Source of the DNA: Octopus vulgaris
Lineage: Eukaryota
Assembly: GCA_951406725.2 (NCBI GenBank)
Contig: OX597820.1
Span: 28,396,001 to 28,460,000, forward strand
Reading direction: 5' to 3'
DNA: 64,000 bases
Below are positions 1-13,611 of the stretch, piece by piece. Made by a program: the position numbers and the translations under genes. Below the pieces are notes generated by a model. It ran no database searches, was not told where the DNA came from, and worked only from the letters and a program-made list of their open reading frames with translations. How positions within the stretch are numbered: the first letter of the stretch is position 1; every line of letters begins with the position of its first letter.

Positions 1-358
1 CCATGCTGGAGCACCGCCTTTAGTCGAGCAACTCGACCCCGGGACTTATTCTTTTTGTAAGCCCAGTACTTATTCTATCGGTCTCTTTTTGCCGTACCGC
101 TAAGTGACGGGGACGTAAACACACCAGCATCGGTTGTCAAGCAATGCTAGGGGAACAAACACAGACACACAAACACACACACATACATATATATACGACA
201 GGCTTCTTTCAGTTTCCGTCTACCAAATCCACTCACAAGGCATTGGTCGGCCCGAGGCTATAGCAGAAGACACTTGCCCAAGATGCCACGCAATGGGACT
301 GAACCCGGAACCATGTGGTTGGTTAGCAAGCTACTTACCACACAGCCACCCCTGCGCC
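1..358 (-). mobile_element. tRNA-derived SINE, family A (3' end cut by the window edge)
   Basis: The minus strand starts GGCGCAGGGGTGGCTGTGTGGTAAG...GGTTCAGTCCC (A/B-box-like), has an internal (TA)/(TG) tract and ends GGCGGTGCTCCAGCATGG. Many other copies are in the window. Confidence 0.85.
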
Positions 359-3300
359 ATACATACGTATGTATGTATGTATGTATGTATGTATGTATAT
401 TTGTAAGCCTCTATGTTTGTTCTCTTCTACTTTTAAATATTTTAATTTTTTCTCTGATACAAAGCTTTGCCGTTAGAAGGTAGACAACATAAACAATTTT
501 ATACTTTAAGCCTGAGAAAAGTCTTGCATATCTTTACTATCACACCTCCAAATTGTATGTGTTCGTACAGCGCGAGGTTTTTGATTGATTTCTTTTTCTA
601 AAAATCCCTAGTTAATCTAGGTTACCGTAGCTTACCCAGATTATGATTCAGACACTCATAAAACCAAGTGCACCAATTATTATTTCCATAAACGTGAATG
701 CATAATCTGGATGTAGAATATGCAGGTTTCGAAGTGGTTGTGTATGCTCATTTTCTTCCTCTTCGATTTTCTTAGAAATATTCATATCACCGAGATAGTT
801 GGTCTCTATGACGGCACATACTTTTTCTTATTCTTTCCTAAACTACAATATCCATCCTGTTGTGTTTACATTTAACAAAAGTTTTGATGGGAATGTTGTA
901 CCAGTATTCCTTATTTTGATATTTGTATATGCATTCAATAAGAAGAGGTTTCCCTATGTGTATACCCGGACAGTGTGGATGTATGTACATATATATGTTT
1001 GTATGTTTGCATGTACAGGTAATTGAAGTTGACTCATTTTCCGCAATGCTCTTAACTTTTGCACATCTTTTTCCGCGGTGCATTTCTTTCGTTTAGAGTC
1101 CATGAAAATAAGTACTGGTTGAGGAATGGATCCGATGTAATCGATCTCATCTCCTCTGGCTTATTGTGATTAATTGAAAAGTATTTCCACTATTCAAAAA
1201 AGAACTAAACCAATATATCTACAAGCTCTAGTTTGTTGAGCGACCTAACATATTACCAATACTATAGGACACATTAACAAATTATATTTTTCATTCATGT
1301 TTTAAAACAGGAAATTTTATACAAATCAACTCAGCTAATGTGGTCTAAACGGTAGAATACACGGTAAAAAAAAAAGACAACAGCAGTTATTTGTGTTTAC
1401 TGACAAAATATGAATCTTTAAATTTACTTTACTCTCTACATTCATTTTGTGGTTCGCTAAAAGTGTGTCAATGCTTTGTTTTACTAAATATTTCCCCCTT
1501 TTTGTTATCATATATCTGTTTGAATACACTTTGTGTTATTCAGTCAATTTGGAAAATGATGAAGAAATTGGTGAAAAAACTTTGTTAAGCTGGGGTTTGC
1601 TACTTAAATTTCGACGAAATTTTGCTGAAAGACTTTAATTTAGACCACTTTCCAAGCATGAAGCTTGTGTTAAAGAACCAGCAGCAGTCTCAGGTGGATT
1701 TGTATCAAAAGGGGTTATATTCTAGTCATTTGAGCAATAAATTTTCCTTGAATCTCAGTCTTGTTTCATACATAGAACACATCATCGTAACATATTTTAC
1801 AGAATACATTGAAACATATCAGTATATGTTAACTTTAAAATACGAATTGAGCCAGCGATAATGTAGTCACATTTTTCAGTATGAGATGTATAGCTTACTT
1901 TCTGTTGAACACAAAATTAAGCAGATTAATAAAAGAAAATAATTAAATTCTCTTAAATCAAATTATAATTTCTTATTGGAATAAAGTATATTAAAATTCA
2001 CGTGTGTGCATAATAAATTTCACTTAAAACTAATATTGTTCGAGTTAATACATATTGAAACATTATATAATTTTAGACAACTTAATTTGATTTCAGTCTC
2101 TTTTCTTTAAACTGTTCTCCAAAAGCGGCAACAGTATTCGCATTTTCGACCAGTAAATTGTCTGGAATTTCCAATTCTGAGTTACGATTTGTCACCCCTT
2201 CGAGGACCGAGTGAATATTTGATACTGTAAATTGGGAGAAAATAAATAAAAATACACAAGTGAAAGTTTAATGGCTACAAAACCAAGGCAACAGACATAG
2301 TCTTGAATATCTGACATCCTTACAACACCGTGTAAGCATTGTAACAGTGTTGTCGTTACAAGCTTTTGATTTATAATTGCACACCGATCAGGAAATAGAA
2401 AGTTTAATGGTTGTTAATCACATAGTACAACAATACTGTTCTATTTTCTTCGACAGTATAGCGTAATGAAGACTCAAACTTTTCAAATAAATAAAATTAA
2501 AGAATGACTATCGTGTGAGCCAACGTAATAAAGACAATAGATACGTCGTTATATTAGAACTAAGGCGATGGCACCTCTATATCATAATGGCAGGCGAAGA
2601 ACCTAATTACTACTTTACAGTTGGCGTCATAGTGACAAAACAGGATGTCTTAATTTTCTATATTCATACACAGGGGCTGCTTTGAGTTATAACACGCCGA
2701 ATTGCATATAATATATAAAATACTTTGTTTCTGTATTAAACGAGCAATAGACAATTTCAAATCGAAAACAAGTCTTAAGTTCACGGCACACACATACACA
2801 CTAAACACACGCACGAACGCATACACTCACACATACGTGTGTGTGTCTGAATGTCTGTCTGTTATATTCGTGTAACATCGTCTGTTTTTCTGTCCTTGTT
2901 TCGTATACATTCGATCCTTTTCCCAATAAATCTAATGCTCGTAGCTTAGTTTTTCCTTGAGGCTGGCCAGATTGGAGCAATCAAAAGATTAATAAGCCGA
3001 ATTTGCGGGGGTGATCCGGTTCTTGACTGAAGATTAGAGGCTTCGAATGATCCGTCCATTATTTTTGTATCGTCTATTTGAATGTTTTGCGTTCTTGTCC
3101 CATTTTGTATATATATACACACATATATATATGTATGTGTGTGTATGTATGTATGCATGTATGTACGTATGTGTATGATATATATGTATGTGTGTGTATG
3201 TATGTATGCATGTATGTACGTATGTGTATGAAATTCTGAATTTTGTTGACGGACTCCCAGTACAACCATTGCGGATCACCGAGGGTTTGCGGACCCTAGG

Positions 3301-3409
3301 TTGGGAACCGCTGATGTATGAAGATACAGTTATTTTAAATTGCACCATGACTTTATGGACACCCCGTAAGTGTGTGGGGGTGTATCAGTGCGTGCGTGCG
3401 CGCGTCATT

Positions 3410-3454
<45 letters not shown>

Positions 3455-3457
<3 letters not shown>

Positions 3458-3530
3458 GGGACTATAACTCCAAACTTACAGGGAAAAATTAAATTTAGTA
3501 TTAAATCAAATTTCATAGTATAAATATATA
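3455..3530 (+). repeat. Fragment of a dispersed repeat next to microsatellites (same family as 60470-60620)
   Basis: TCCAAACTTACAGGGAAAAA...ATTTAG.ATTAAATC recurs at 60490-60535. Confidence 0.6.
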
Positions 3531-3575
3531 ATATATACATGCATACACACAGGGGTACATGTATATCCATCTATC

Positions 3576-3638
<63 letters not shown>

Positions 3639-4154
3639 TGTGTATGTGCGTGCGTGTGTGTACATATATACGTATAAGTTGTATGCAAATATATATATAT
3701 ATATCTATCAATATATGTGTATATTTATATGTGCACATGTGTGTGTGTTCGTGTGTATATATGCGTATACGTTTGTATAATAATGTCAAAGTTATAAAAT
3801 ACATCAGAAATATTTTTATATAGTGTAAATAATCCAAAAGAGCACAGCTTAGTGGCGAAAGCGCAAAATAAACACAGACACATTCACACACATATTCATA
3901 CCCACAATGGTTCACACACTCGTACACACACATACATCATTCTTTCATTTCAGAGTGCAATCTTACTCCTTGTCTTGAATATTGCTCGGTCTTGATATAC
4001 ACCGCCTTCTTTGTCATGCGCTATAAAATCTACTACATTTAGTACTTCGTTCACAATTGTGTTTTTCTTAACCCTTTGGCATTCAGATTTTTCTGTCAGT
4101 ACTCATAATACGCATTCATTTACATTGTTTTTAATTATTCATGCATTAATTTGT

Positions 4155-4438
4155 TGTTTGTTCCTCCTCGAGACACGCCTGGCTCTTAAGCGCCGGTTTC
4201 CCGGTTTCCTTGGTGTATAGGTTCCCCACCTGGATGGGATGCCTGTCCGTCGCAGTTGAGCTGGTGAGAGAAAGTTGTGGCGAAAGAGCCAGCAGAGGTT
4301 CGCCATTACCTTCTACCGGAGCTGCGCGGAGTTTAGGTGTTTCGCTCATAAACACAAACATCGCCCCGTCTGAGGTTCGAACCCGCGATCCCTCGACTGC
4401 GAGTCCGCTGCTCTAACCACTAGGCCATGTGCCTCCAC
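4155..4438 (-). mobile_element. tRNA(Arg)-like SINE, family B, with a 13-bp target-site duplication
   Basis: Head GGAGGCACATGGCCTAGTGGTTAGAGC...CTCGCA...GGTTCGAACC. TSD TGCATTAATTTGT at 4142-4154 and 4439-4451. Confidence 0.9.
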
Positions 4439-5829
4439 TGCATTAATTTGTAGCTTCAAGATTTTGACAATGTGATTGTCTACATTTAGAAGGACATTGT
4501 GTATGTGTAAGAAGCCAAATCCGGCTGTTTAGAACATAAAACAAGAAGATTCAGACGTAATATGGTCTTTTTAAATTTTGAAAGGATTCTCCACAAGTGT
4601 TTGTGAAGTAAAACGTGCTACTGGTTTGTGGCAAGTGTAACAAATTTATCTGAACTTTTTTTCCCCTATTTCCGGTTGATGATTGTTATCCAAATTTCTA
4701 ATGTCATTGATCCCCTTTAGCCAACCAATACAGGGAAATCTCCTTTGGTAGTCATTCATGAATGTATGCACCTTCCTACGTGTGGTCTTCGTAATGCCCA
4801 TAATTCTTCCATACAATTCCGATTAGTGTAGAAGACCTGCTGGTAACGTGCATGTACTTCCACAATCACATCAAGAATCTTCTTTCTTTCTTTTTTCTAT
4901 ATTGTCGTGTTTATTTTTCTTTCTGCCCATGGCATTTTAATATCTAAATCTTAATGAAGTTCTAAGAATAGCCTATGTTATTTTCTCTGAATAAAATTAA
5001 ATTATAACAGTATATTTTTGTATTTATTTGCACTGGATGATTCGATTTATTCGTGTATACGTGAGTGCGTATGTATATGGATATGTATATACCTCTCTCC
5101 ATCTATCTATTTATCTCTCTCACTCACTCTTACTTATATATTTATATATATATGGGTGTGCGTGTGTACATACACACATACTTATAAACATATATATATA
5201 TATATATATACAGAGCTAGAGGTAGATATATAGATCTACATATATACATATATATATACATATGCTTAAAATATAGAGGCATATAATATATATATATATA
5301 TATAAATACATACATATATATATATATAAATACATATATATATATATATATATATGTATATAAATACATATATATATGTATATATATATATAAACATGTA
5401 TGTATGTATGTATGTATGTATGTACAATAACCAAGCATTTCCGTTATACAAAGATTATTTTTACAGCAGAAACAATTAAGTACATACATTTTCGGTTTTG
5501 TTTCCGATTGCAGTATAGTCCTAATAAAATTTTGCCAATATCATTGTTCAAGTTTTGTTTGACAATTGAAGTGAAACTCAGTGGAACCAAATGTGAATAT
5601 ATGGCTAAAAATATATATTCTAATACTCTGCTAACAGTAGATGTTCATGTATTTGCAATACACACACATACACAAAGGCAAATATATAGATATGTGTGAT
5701 TTCATATGTAAGTAGGTATATATGCATGTACACACACACACACATGCACACACACACAGACAAGTATACACACAAGCACACACACACACACACTAACACA
5801 CATATATCTGGCAAGTAAGTAAACAGGTT

Positions 5830-6125
5830 CAGCCGTAGCTCTGTGGTGCTTGCTTCCAAACTATATTGTTCCAGGTTCAGTCCTTCTTCGCGACAACTTG
5901 AGCAAGTTTCTTCTACTATAGCTTCCAGTCGGCCAGAGCTTTGTGAGTGGATTTCGTAGAGGGAAACTGAAAGAAGCCCTTCATATATATATTTATATAT
6001 CGATTTGTGTGTGTGTCTTTGGGTCTGTGTTTTTATCCCGCACTACATGACAACCGGTACTGGTGGGGTTCGGCAAAGGATTCGATAGAATAAATGGCAG
6101 GCTGTAGAAAATAATAAGTACTGAG
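5830..6125 (+). mobile_element. Degraded SINE, family A
   Basis: GGTTCAGTCC...TTGTGAGTGGATTT.GTAGA.GGAAACTGAAAGAAGCC matches the copy at 1-358. Confidence 0.75.
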
Positions 6126-6727
6126 TGTACGTGTTTGTAGACATACATACATACATACATACATACATGCATACATACATATATGCATGCATACATACAT
6201 ACATATATACATACATGTATATCTATATGTATACATAGAAAACAAACCATATTTTCCAACGGAATGTAGTAACTTGAACGTATTGAACATATATAGCGTG
6301 ATTATACGTGCATGTGTGTGTGTGCGTGTGTGTGTGTGTATGTGTGTGTGTGTGTGTAGTGCCTTGTACTCTCACCCGACTATATAGTCTTCGAGTTTAG
6401 AAACAAATATAATATCAACAGAAAATTTCCAGTTTCTACATATCCAACATATAATCGGTGTTATAAAGCCATATTAATGTGAAGAGTAGTACATGCAAAA
6501 TTAAAGAGCTAAATACTGTGTATATTTGAAATTAGAACAAGTCGTTTTGTGTTTGGTGGCAGGTGATCTTTGAAATATAATTCGGAATGAGTAATGTGTT
6601 AAAAGAAATGTCTGTGAGGAATTATATTTCTGAATATACAAGTATACACGTATATCAATATTTTATTAATTATTTTATATCTCATGATGACGGATATCCT
6701 CAACACTACATGGCACAGTATGTGCGT

Positions 6728-7140
<413 letters not shown>

Positions 7141-8015
7141 CTTAATTTTTTTATATACCCGTGTGACGCTCTCTCTCTCTCTCTCTTACACTCTCTCTCT
7201 CTCTTGCCTTCATTCTTCCCCCTTTTTTCTCTCGCCCTGTCACTTCTATTCTAGCCTTTCTACATACTCCTTTTCTCTCCCTACCTCTTTTATTCCGAGC
7301 CTTTCTTCTTCCCCTTCATCCCTTTCCTTTTTTTTACTCTATCGCTCCCTCTACCTGCTCTTTTCTCCTCTGCTTGCTGCTGTCATGTGACCAGCGGTCA
7401 GTTCCCTTTTTTTTTTCCTTTCTTAGACTAGTCCCGTAGCCAAGTAGTCGCAAATTCTCTGTCTCTCCGTTCTCCATCCTTCAAGACATTTAATTTTCTA
7501 AGCGTTATGCACTAATCCTTGGCCTCCAAGGCCGTATTTTGTTCGACTATTTGCCCTGGTCCACCGTCCTAAATCACACTATGTGTCGTTTGCTTGCTTT
7601 GTTCTGTTTTCTTTGCAGTTATCCCTAATTCTACGTAAGAAAATTTCTTGCGTGCACCGCCAATCGGGAAGCACCCAAGCTTAGCGTTAAAGGCTCGAAA
7701 CTGAATATTACTATCTGATGAAGAATTACGGAACTTCTGTTTGTTTTCCGTTCGTTTTTACATTACGTCGTTTGTTTATACGGGGGGGGGGGGGTACTAT
7801 AAGATGAAAGAGAGGGTCAAATTCTCCTTTACGAGAGAGAACTGCTTGAGGGTTTGTATCTTATATTTTGTTTGTTCTTCTTGTCAAGAGTTGTCTTTCC
7901 TATGAATGTAAGATATTATTTTCCATATTTCCATAAAATCCACATGTGTGCGTACGTATTTATGCTAGTGTATGTGATTTTCTCTGCGAGTGTGTGTGCG
8001 TCTGTATGTGTGTCT

Positions 8016-8050
<35 letters not shown>

Positions 8051-8944
8051 ATGTGCGTGTTTGTCTGTGCATGTGCGTGTTTGTGTGAGTGTGTGTGTTT
8101 GTGTGGGTGTGCACATGCTTCACATTAATTGATGCTAGGGATCTCAAATCACTTTTGGAGTTAATTATCTTCATTTCAAATCAGCGTTTGCTGGATCTTA
8201 GAGAAAAAAACTTATAGAAAAATTGCATTAGTGCTACAGCTCTCACTTCGCCATTGGATATTATACGTTTCTTTTCATCACCAAAACTGACGAATGCTTT
8301 GAGAGATGATGTGGGAGATTTTGATGGGGTTCATACATTTATGAAAGCCTTAGCAGTATATGTGGATTAAAATTACTTTAAATGAAATTAAGCCATTGTC
8401 AAAATTTATTATGAAAATTAAAATCACCTCGATATAGGCCAACAAGGGAGCTGATATGAAGGTACTTCAAAATACAACTTATTAAGAGAAGAGAAAAAGA
8501 ATAGTTCACGTTCGAGTGTCAATTCGTATTTGACAGAAATAATTTTTGACGCAGTGATGTAAGATTAGGATTCCACTGCGATGTGACGTCTGGGTAGCGC
8601 TATGCTCTGACGTCACGAGTACTACCAACGCAATTAGTTTTGAGTGAAAGCCTCTTATTAACTCATCATAATTTCACAAGCTCACGCAAAAGGATTAGAT
8701 TAATTAATTAACTTGAATTATCATCTATATACGCGACGTTTATTGATCCGCTACAGGTGGTTTATGGCAGTCTTCAAAACTTCTATTTGAATTTATGAAA
8801 GTTTCATGTCGTACCCACGTATTACAAAACATTTCATACATGTTCAAATCAGTCCTAGCTCTAGCGATAGATAAACTAAAGGAAACATTGTTTCGGAAAA
8901 GCTCGTATTAAAATGAACATATATATATATATATATATTTAGAT

Positions 8945-9620
8945 TATATATATTATTATCATTATTATATATTTATCACTGTATAAAAATAACTTTCGCA
9001 TTCGCCTTTCCTCTGTAACTTATCAAGTTTCCGAGTTTGTTTACAAAATATTATATGTAATTCTCGACAGTTATATTATCTGTGCATCGATTTAACTGAA
9101 AATGTATGGGTAAGTATTCAGGCTCAATTGCAAGGAACCATATTAGCGTTGATTTGTGGGTTCGATTCCAGCCGGGAATTAGCTCATCCTTTTTCAGTAA
9201 GTTATTTAGTTAAATGTTGCTTTAATCGGAGTATATATATATATATTATTATTATTATGATGATATATTATTGTATAGTTATTGTATAAAAGTGACCTTC
9301 GCAGTCGCTTTTCTTCCCTAACTTATCAAGTTTCCGAGTTTGTTTACAAAATATTATATGTAATTCCCGACAGTTATATTATCTGTGCATCGATTTAACT
9401 GAAAATTTATGGGTAAGTATTCAGGCTCAATTGCAAGGAACCATATTAGCGTTGATTTGTGGGTTCGATTCCAGCCAGGAATTAGCTCATCCTTTTTCAG
9501 TAAGTTATTTAGTTAAATGTTGCTTTAATCGGAGTATATATATATTATTATTATTATTATTATTATGATATATTATTGTATAGTTATTGTATAAAAATGA
9601 CTTTCGTAGTCGCTTTTCCT
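8945..9620 (+). repeat. ~303-bp tandem repeat (2 full units plus a partial) containing a tRNA-like B-box
   Basis: AACTTATCAAGTTTCCGAG at 9017 and 9320. GGTTCGATTCC occurs in each full unit. Confidence 0.9.
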
Positions 9621-11037
9621 CCGTATATAAATATATATATGTATGTATATGAACATATCTATGTATATGAATATATCTATTATGCTTACGTATTCATTTT
9701 GAAAGATTTCTGATGCAAAATCGTGTGTAGAAACATATATTGTTATATGACGGAATGAAGACCCGAGGAATGGAGAGTTGCTGAAGGGGACACAGGCTGT
9801 GAGACGAAGAGTGCAAAACATTACATCCCGAAATATATATATATATGCATATATATACCACTCCCATTTACACATTTGCACTATGACACCCTTAATATAT
9901 GTATATCATTGAAAAGTCTGTCTGTATTGGTGTCTAGGAAGTAGACCTTATTGAGGGGCAGACGAGAACGACTGATGCGCATTTCGCCTTTGCAGTCTGA
10001 CATGAAATCGCATCGTCCTACATTTCCACATATGCAGCAAGTTTCAAAATTTGACATGACTATTAAAGCACTATTCAGTCGTATGGTATAAGAAACAGAA
10101 GATACATTGATAAATATTTTGTTTCTATATTTTACTTCAATCTTACTTTACTTTGTCCGTAAATTATACATTCAGAACCATTATGTCCTAAGTATTATTC
10201 CATGCATTCATTTAACACCATATATATATACATCTACTACATATGTGAGAAATTCTGTCTGTAGGTGTGTTTGTGGAGTTGTTAGCTACCTCCTCCTACA
10301 CCCTCCTCTCTGTGTGTTTTCGTTTGTGTGTGTGTGTATGTGTGTGTGTTTGTGTGTGTGTATCACCGTCTGATAATGGTAAGTACTCAACAATATATAA
10401 GTGTTGTGTATCGACAAAAGAGCTGAAACGTCAGACAAAATAAAGTATTATACATGTACTCCCTCCGGTTTATTCAAATATCCATTGCCCAGCCAAATCT
10501 TTAGCTTTTTTAGCAATGTAAGAAATCAATAATAGAGAAAATAAAATATTTTCATCTAAAGAATACGCTTGCCCTTGCCAGCAATTATTTTTGTTATTGA
10601 ATAAAAATAAAAGGTGATAAATTCATTCTCATACAGTAATATATTTAATAACATTTGAACGTCAGTTTTGAGACGACTGCATTAAATATGAGTGCAAGAC
10701 ACTTTATTTCGACTACTAACTGGATAATAACAACACACCTGCATAATAAGACAGACAAGTCGTTTATAATTCGTCTATAATTTACTCCACTTACAAAGAA
10801 CCAATATATTTCACTGTTCCTCGTTGTTCATCTATATTTATTCCGGCAAGAGACATCGCTATGGTTTTCAAATAAATCTACATATAACTACATTCTGTAT
10901 ATACGAGTGTGTGCTTGTGTATTTATATGTGCGTGTGTGTCTTTGTGTATTTGTGTGTATAATATTTATTACATATATGTATACATGTGAATTTATATAT
11001 ATTTATAGATTTACATACTTCTTATATATCTAATATA

Positions 11038-11079
<42 letters not shown>

Positions 11080-11081
<2 letters not shown>

Positions 11082-11358
11082 TCGAGTCCGTTGGTCATAA
11101 ATAACCATGGGTGCCTCTAAGGGGTTCTCCTCCGAGGTACAACCTAGAGTTGTTTAATGGAAGACCAGTATTCGCCCATACATGCCAGTCAAGGTAAAGT
11201 TAAATGCCGATACAGCTTGGCACCTGTGACGTCGCTGAGTGAACTGGAGTAACATGAAATAAAGTGTCTTGCTCAAGAACTCAACACGCAGCCCGGTCCG
11301 TTAATCGAACTTACAATCTCACGAGCGTAAGCTCGATAACTGAGCTATGCTGCTTCAC
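11080..11358 (-). mobile_element. tRNA-derived SINE (family C core, another tail)
   Basis: Minus strand TAGCTCAGT...GTTCGATT...TCTTGAGCAAGACACTTTATTTCATGTTACTCCAGTTCACTCAGC. Confidence 0.75.
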
Positions 11359-12896
11359 ACACACACACACACACACACACATATTGTTTTATATGCAGAA
11401 ATTTGTTGTGTTTTGAAGCTGTTCGAAACTTAAGATTTTAGGTTGTGTCACACAGTGCGATAAATAGAAGAAATGTTTTATACTATAGCCCTGAGGAAAT
11501 TTGTCAAATGGTAAATTCATTATTGTTCTCAATAGTTGCATTCTAGAATTTCTGGCCTCGACCAATGATGCTTCTTACTACTTTGCTATTTTCTAAAATG
11601 TTTTAAATTATAATTCTCTTTACATCTAGGATATATTATAGCTGCGTGTTACATAGAGAAAAGTGATTAGCCGGGCATGTAATTACTGTGTGATTATGCA
11701 GTGTGATTTCAAAAGTAGGGGAGAAATAACCATGTTTAAAAAAATCTTTTAATTATTTCAGTTGGTACACTCTGGCAATTATCTTTTTAACGTAAGTAAT
11801 GTTAATATTACATTGCTATTAGATATATTCTTTCTCTTCACTTCCATTATGTATGTAACAATATTTGATTATGTTCCTGCAGGTTAAATACAAACAAACA
11901 ATACACCACATTTGTTTTGTTTTCTTCAAAAGGGAAACAATGATCTCCATGACATGGATGTGCTTTTCAATACACATAAACGTAGATAGGATTTACGATG
12001 ACATTGTGTTTAATAACAAACACTAGCCGTATCAAAAATGCATCGAAGTATGTGTGTGTGTGTGTGTGTGTCTCTCTCTCACTCTCTCTCTCTCTCTCTC
12101 TCTCTCTGTATATATTTATTGACTGTATTTAGGCAGTAGCTTTTCGTTGTTTTCTAAATGCAACTTCTTTGACGTAATTTCGTTTCATTTTGTAGCTATA
12201 TATATATATCGGATCCGACAGGGAGAGTCGTGTATCGTCTTTGCTCTGTTTAAAAAAGCAGAAAGTGTGCATAAATCGGTGAAATAATCTACTGAAAGTC
12301 ACAAATTCAACTCATAAAGCCCACTACAACACTTCGGCTACAAATATATTAATCAAAAACGTAATATATTTTGCCTGAAGCCAAACACAGTAATAATTTT
12401 TTCTTTTCACCGAAAACGCACATGGTGGAAAAAAATCCACTGTAGAAGGAAAAAGAAACATCTCCTGGAAAATAACCACGAAAAAAACCCACGAAAAATC
12501 CAGACCACATCGTTGGATTAAGTATCACTTTCATCTTCTATTTCATATTTTGTTTATTATCCTATTTTATATAACTTAAGCCCACATCTCCGTTAAAGTT
12601 TACGATCGCCATTTTTTTGTTTGTTTACATTTCAATAACTGTCTCGAACTTGGCTTCAAAATTAAATAACCCTTTCTTCACACTTTAAAATATATATATA
12701 TTTTAATATATTTTCACTCATTTTCTTTCTTTTTTTTTTCCACCTTCCTTCTCTCCCCGTCGGTGTATATGTGTATGTGTGTGCACGTGTATGTATGTGT
12801 GTGTGCGTGTATGTATATATGTATGCGTATATATGCATGGACGTGAACTTTCACGAACTTTATATAGATAACTAATCTTTCCCCTCTTTCTTACCT

Positions 12897-13552
12897 CTTT
12901 CAGATACTCCATCTTCTAATTAGCCTTAAGATTAAATAACGTTTAATACTGTTTATTGTTAATAATTTTTCAGATACTCTATCTTCTAATTAGCCTTAAG
13001 AATAAACAACGTTTATTACCCACACTTTAACATCTAATTTTTTACCCACACTCTAATATCTTTCTAATTAGCCTTTTTACCCACATTTTAAATATTTGTT
13101 AATATATTTTCAGATACTCTATCCTCTGATTAGCCTTAAGATTAAATAACGTTTTTACCCACACTTTAACTTTTTCACCCACACTTTAATATATTTTTGA
13201 ATACTCTACCTTCTAATTAGCCTCAAGATTAAATAACGATTATTACCCACACTTTAATATAATTGTAATATTGTTAACATATTTTCAGATACTCTATCCT
13301 CTAATTAGCCTTAAGATTAAATAACGTTTTTACCCACACTTTAATATATTTTTGAATACTCTACCTTCTAATTAGCCTCAAGATTAAATAACGATTATTA
13401 CCCACACTTTAATATAATTGTAATATTGTTAACATATTTTCAGATACTCTATCTCCTAATTAGCCTAAGATTAAATAACGTTTTTACCCACAAACTTTAA
13501 TATTGTTAATATTAATAATACTCTATCCCATAATTAGCCTTAAGATTAAATA
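12897..13552 (+). repeat. Tandem monomer array in the presumed 5' UTR of the LINE
   Basis: The core ATACTCTATC(C/T)TCTAATTAGCCTTAAGATTAAATAACG starts at ~12904, 12974, 13114, 13201, 13289, 13356, 13444 and 13518, with a partial copy near 13061. Linkers carry TACCCACACTTTAA. Confidence 0.92.
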
Positions 13553-13611
13553 TCTTCTTGTCTTCTCTCGAACATAGTTAAATAGATAAACAAATAGACA
13601 GATCATCCAGC

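Noticed and set aside
4365-4438. tRNA-Arg(TCG) gene (similar heads at 34012 and 56820)
   Set aside because: The acceptor stem is not closed and the sequence continues into a SINE body with a TSD.
12190-12900. 5' end and TSD of the LINE
   Set aside because: The sequence after the tail (ATGTTTTACGG) was not found upstream, so the boundary is left undefined.
12897-13552. CRISPR array next to an RT
   Set aside because: The linkers are related to each other rather than unique spacers, there are no cas genes, and the context is a eukaryotic LINE.
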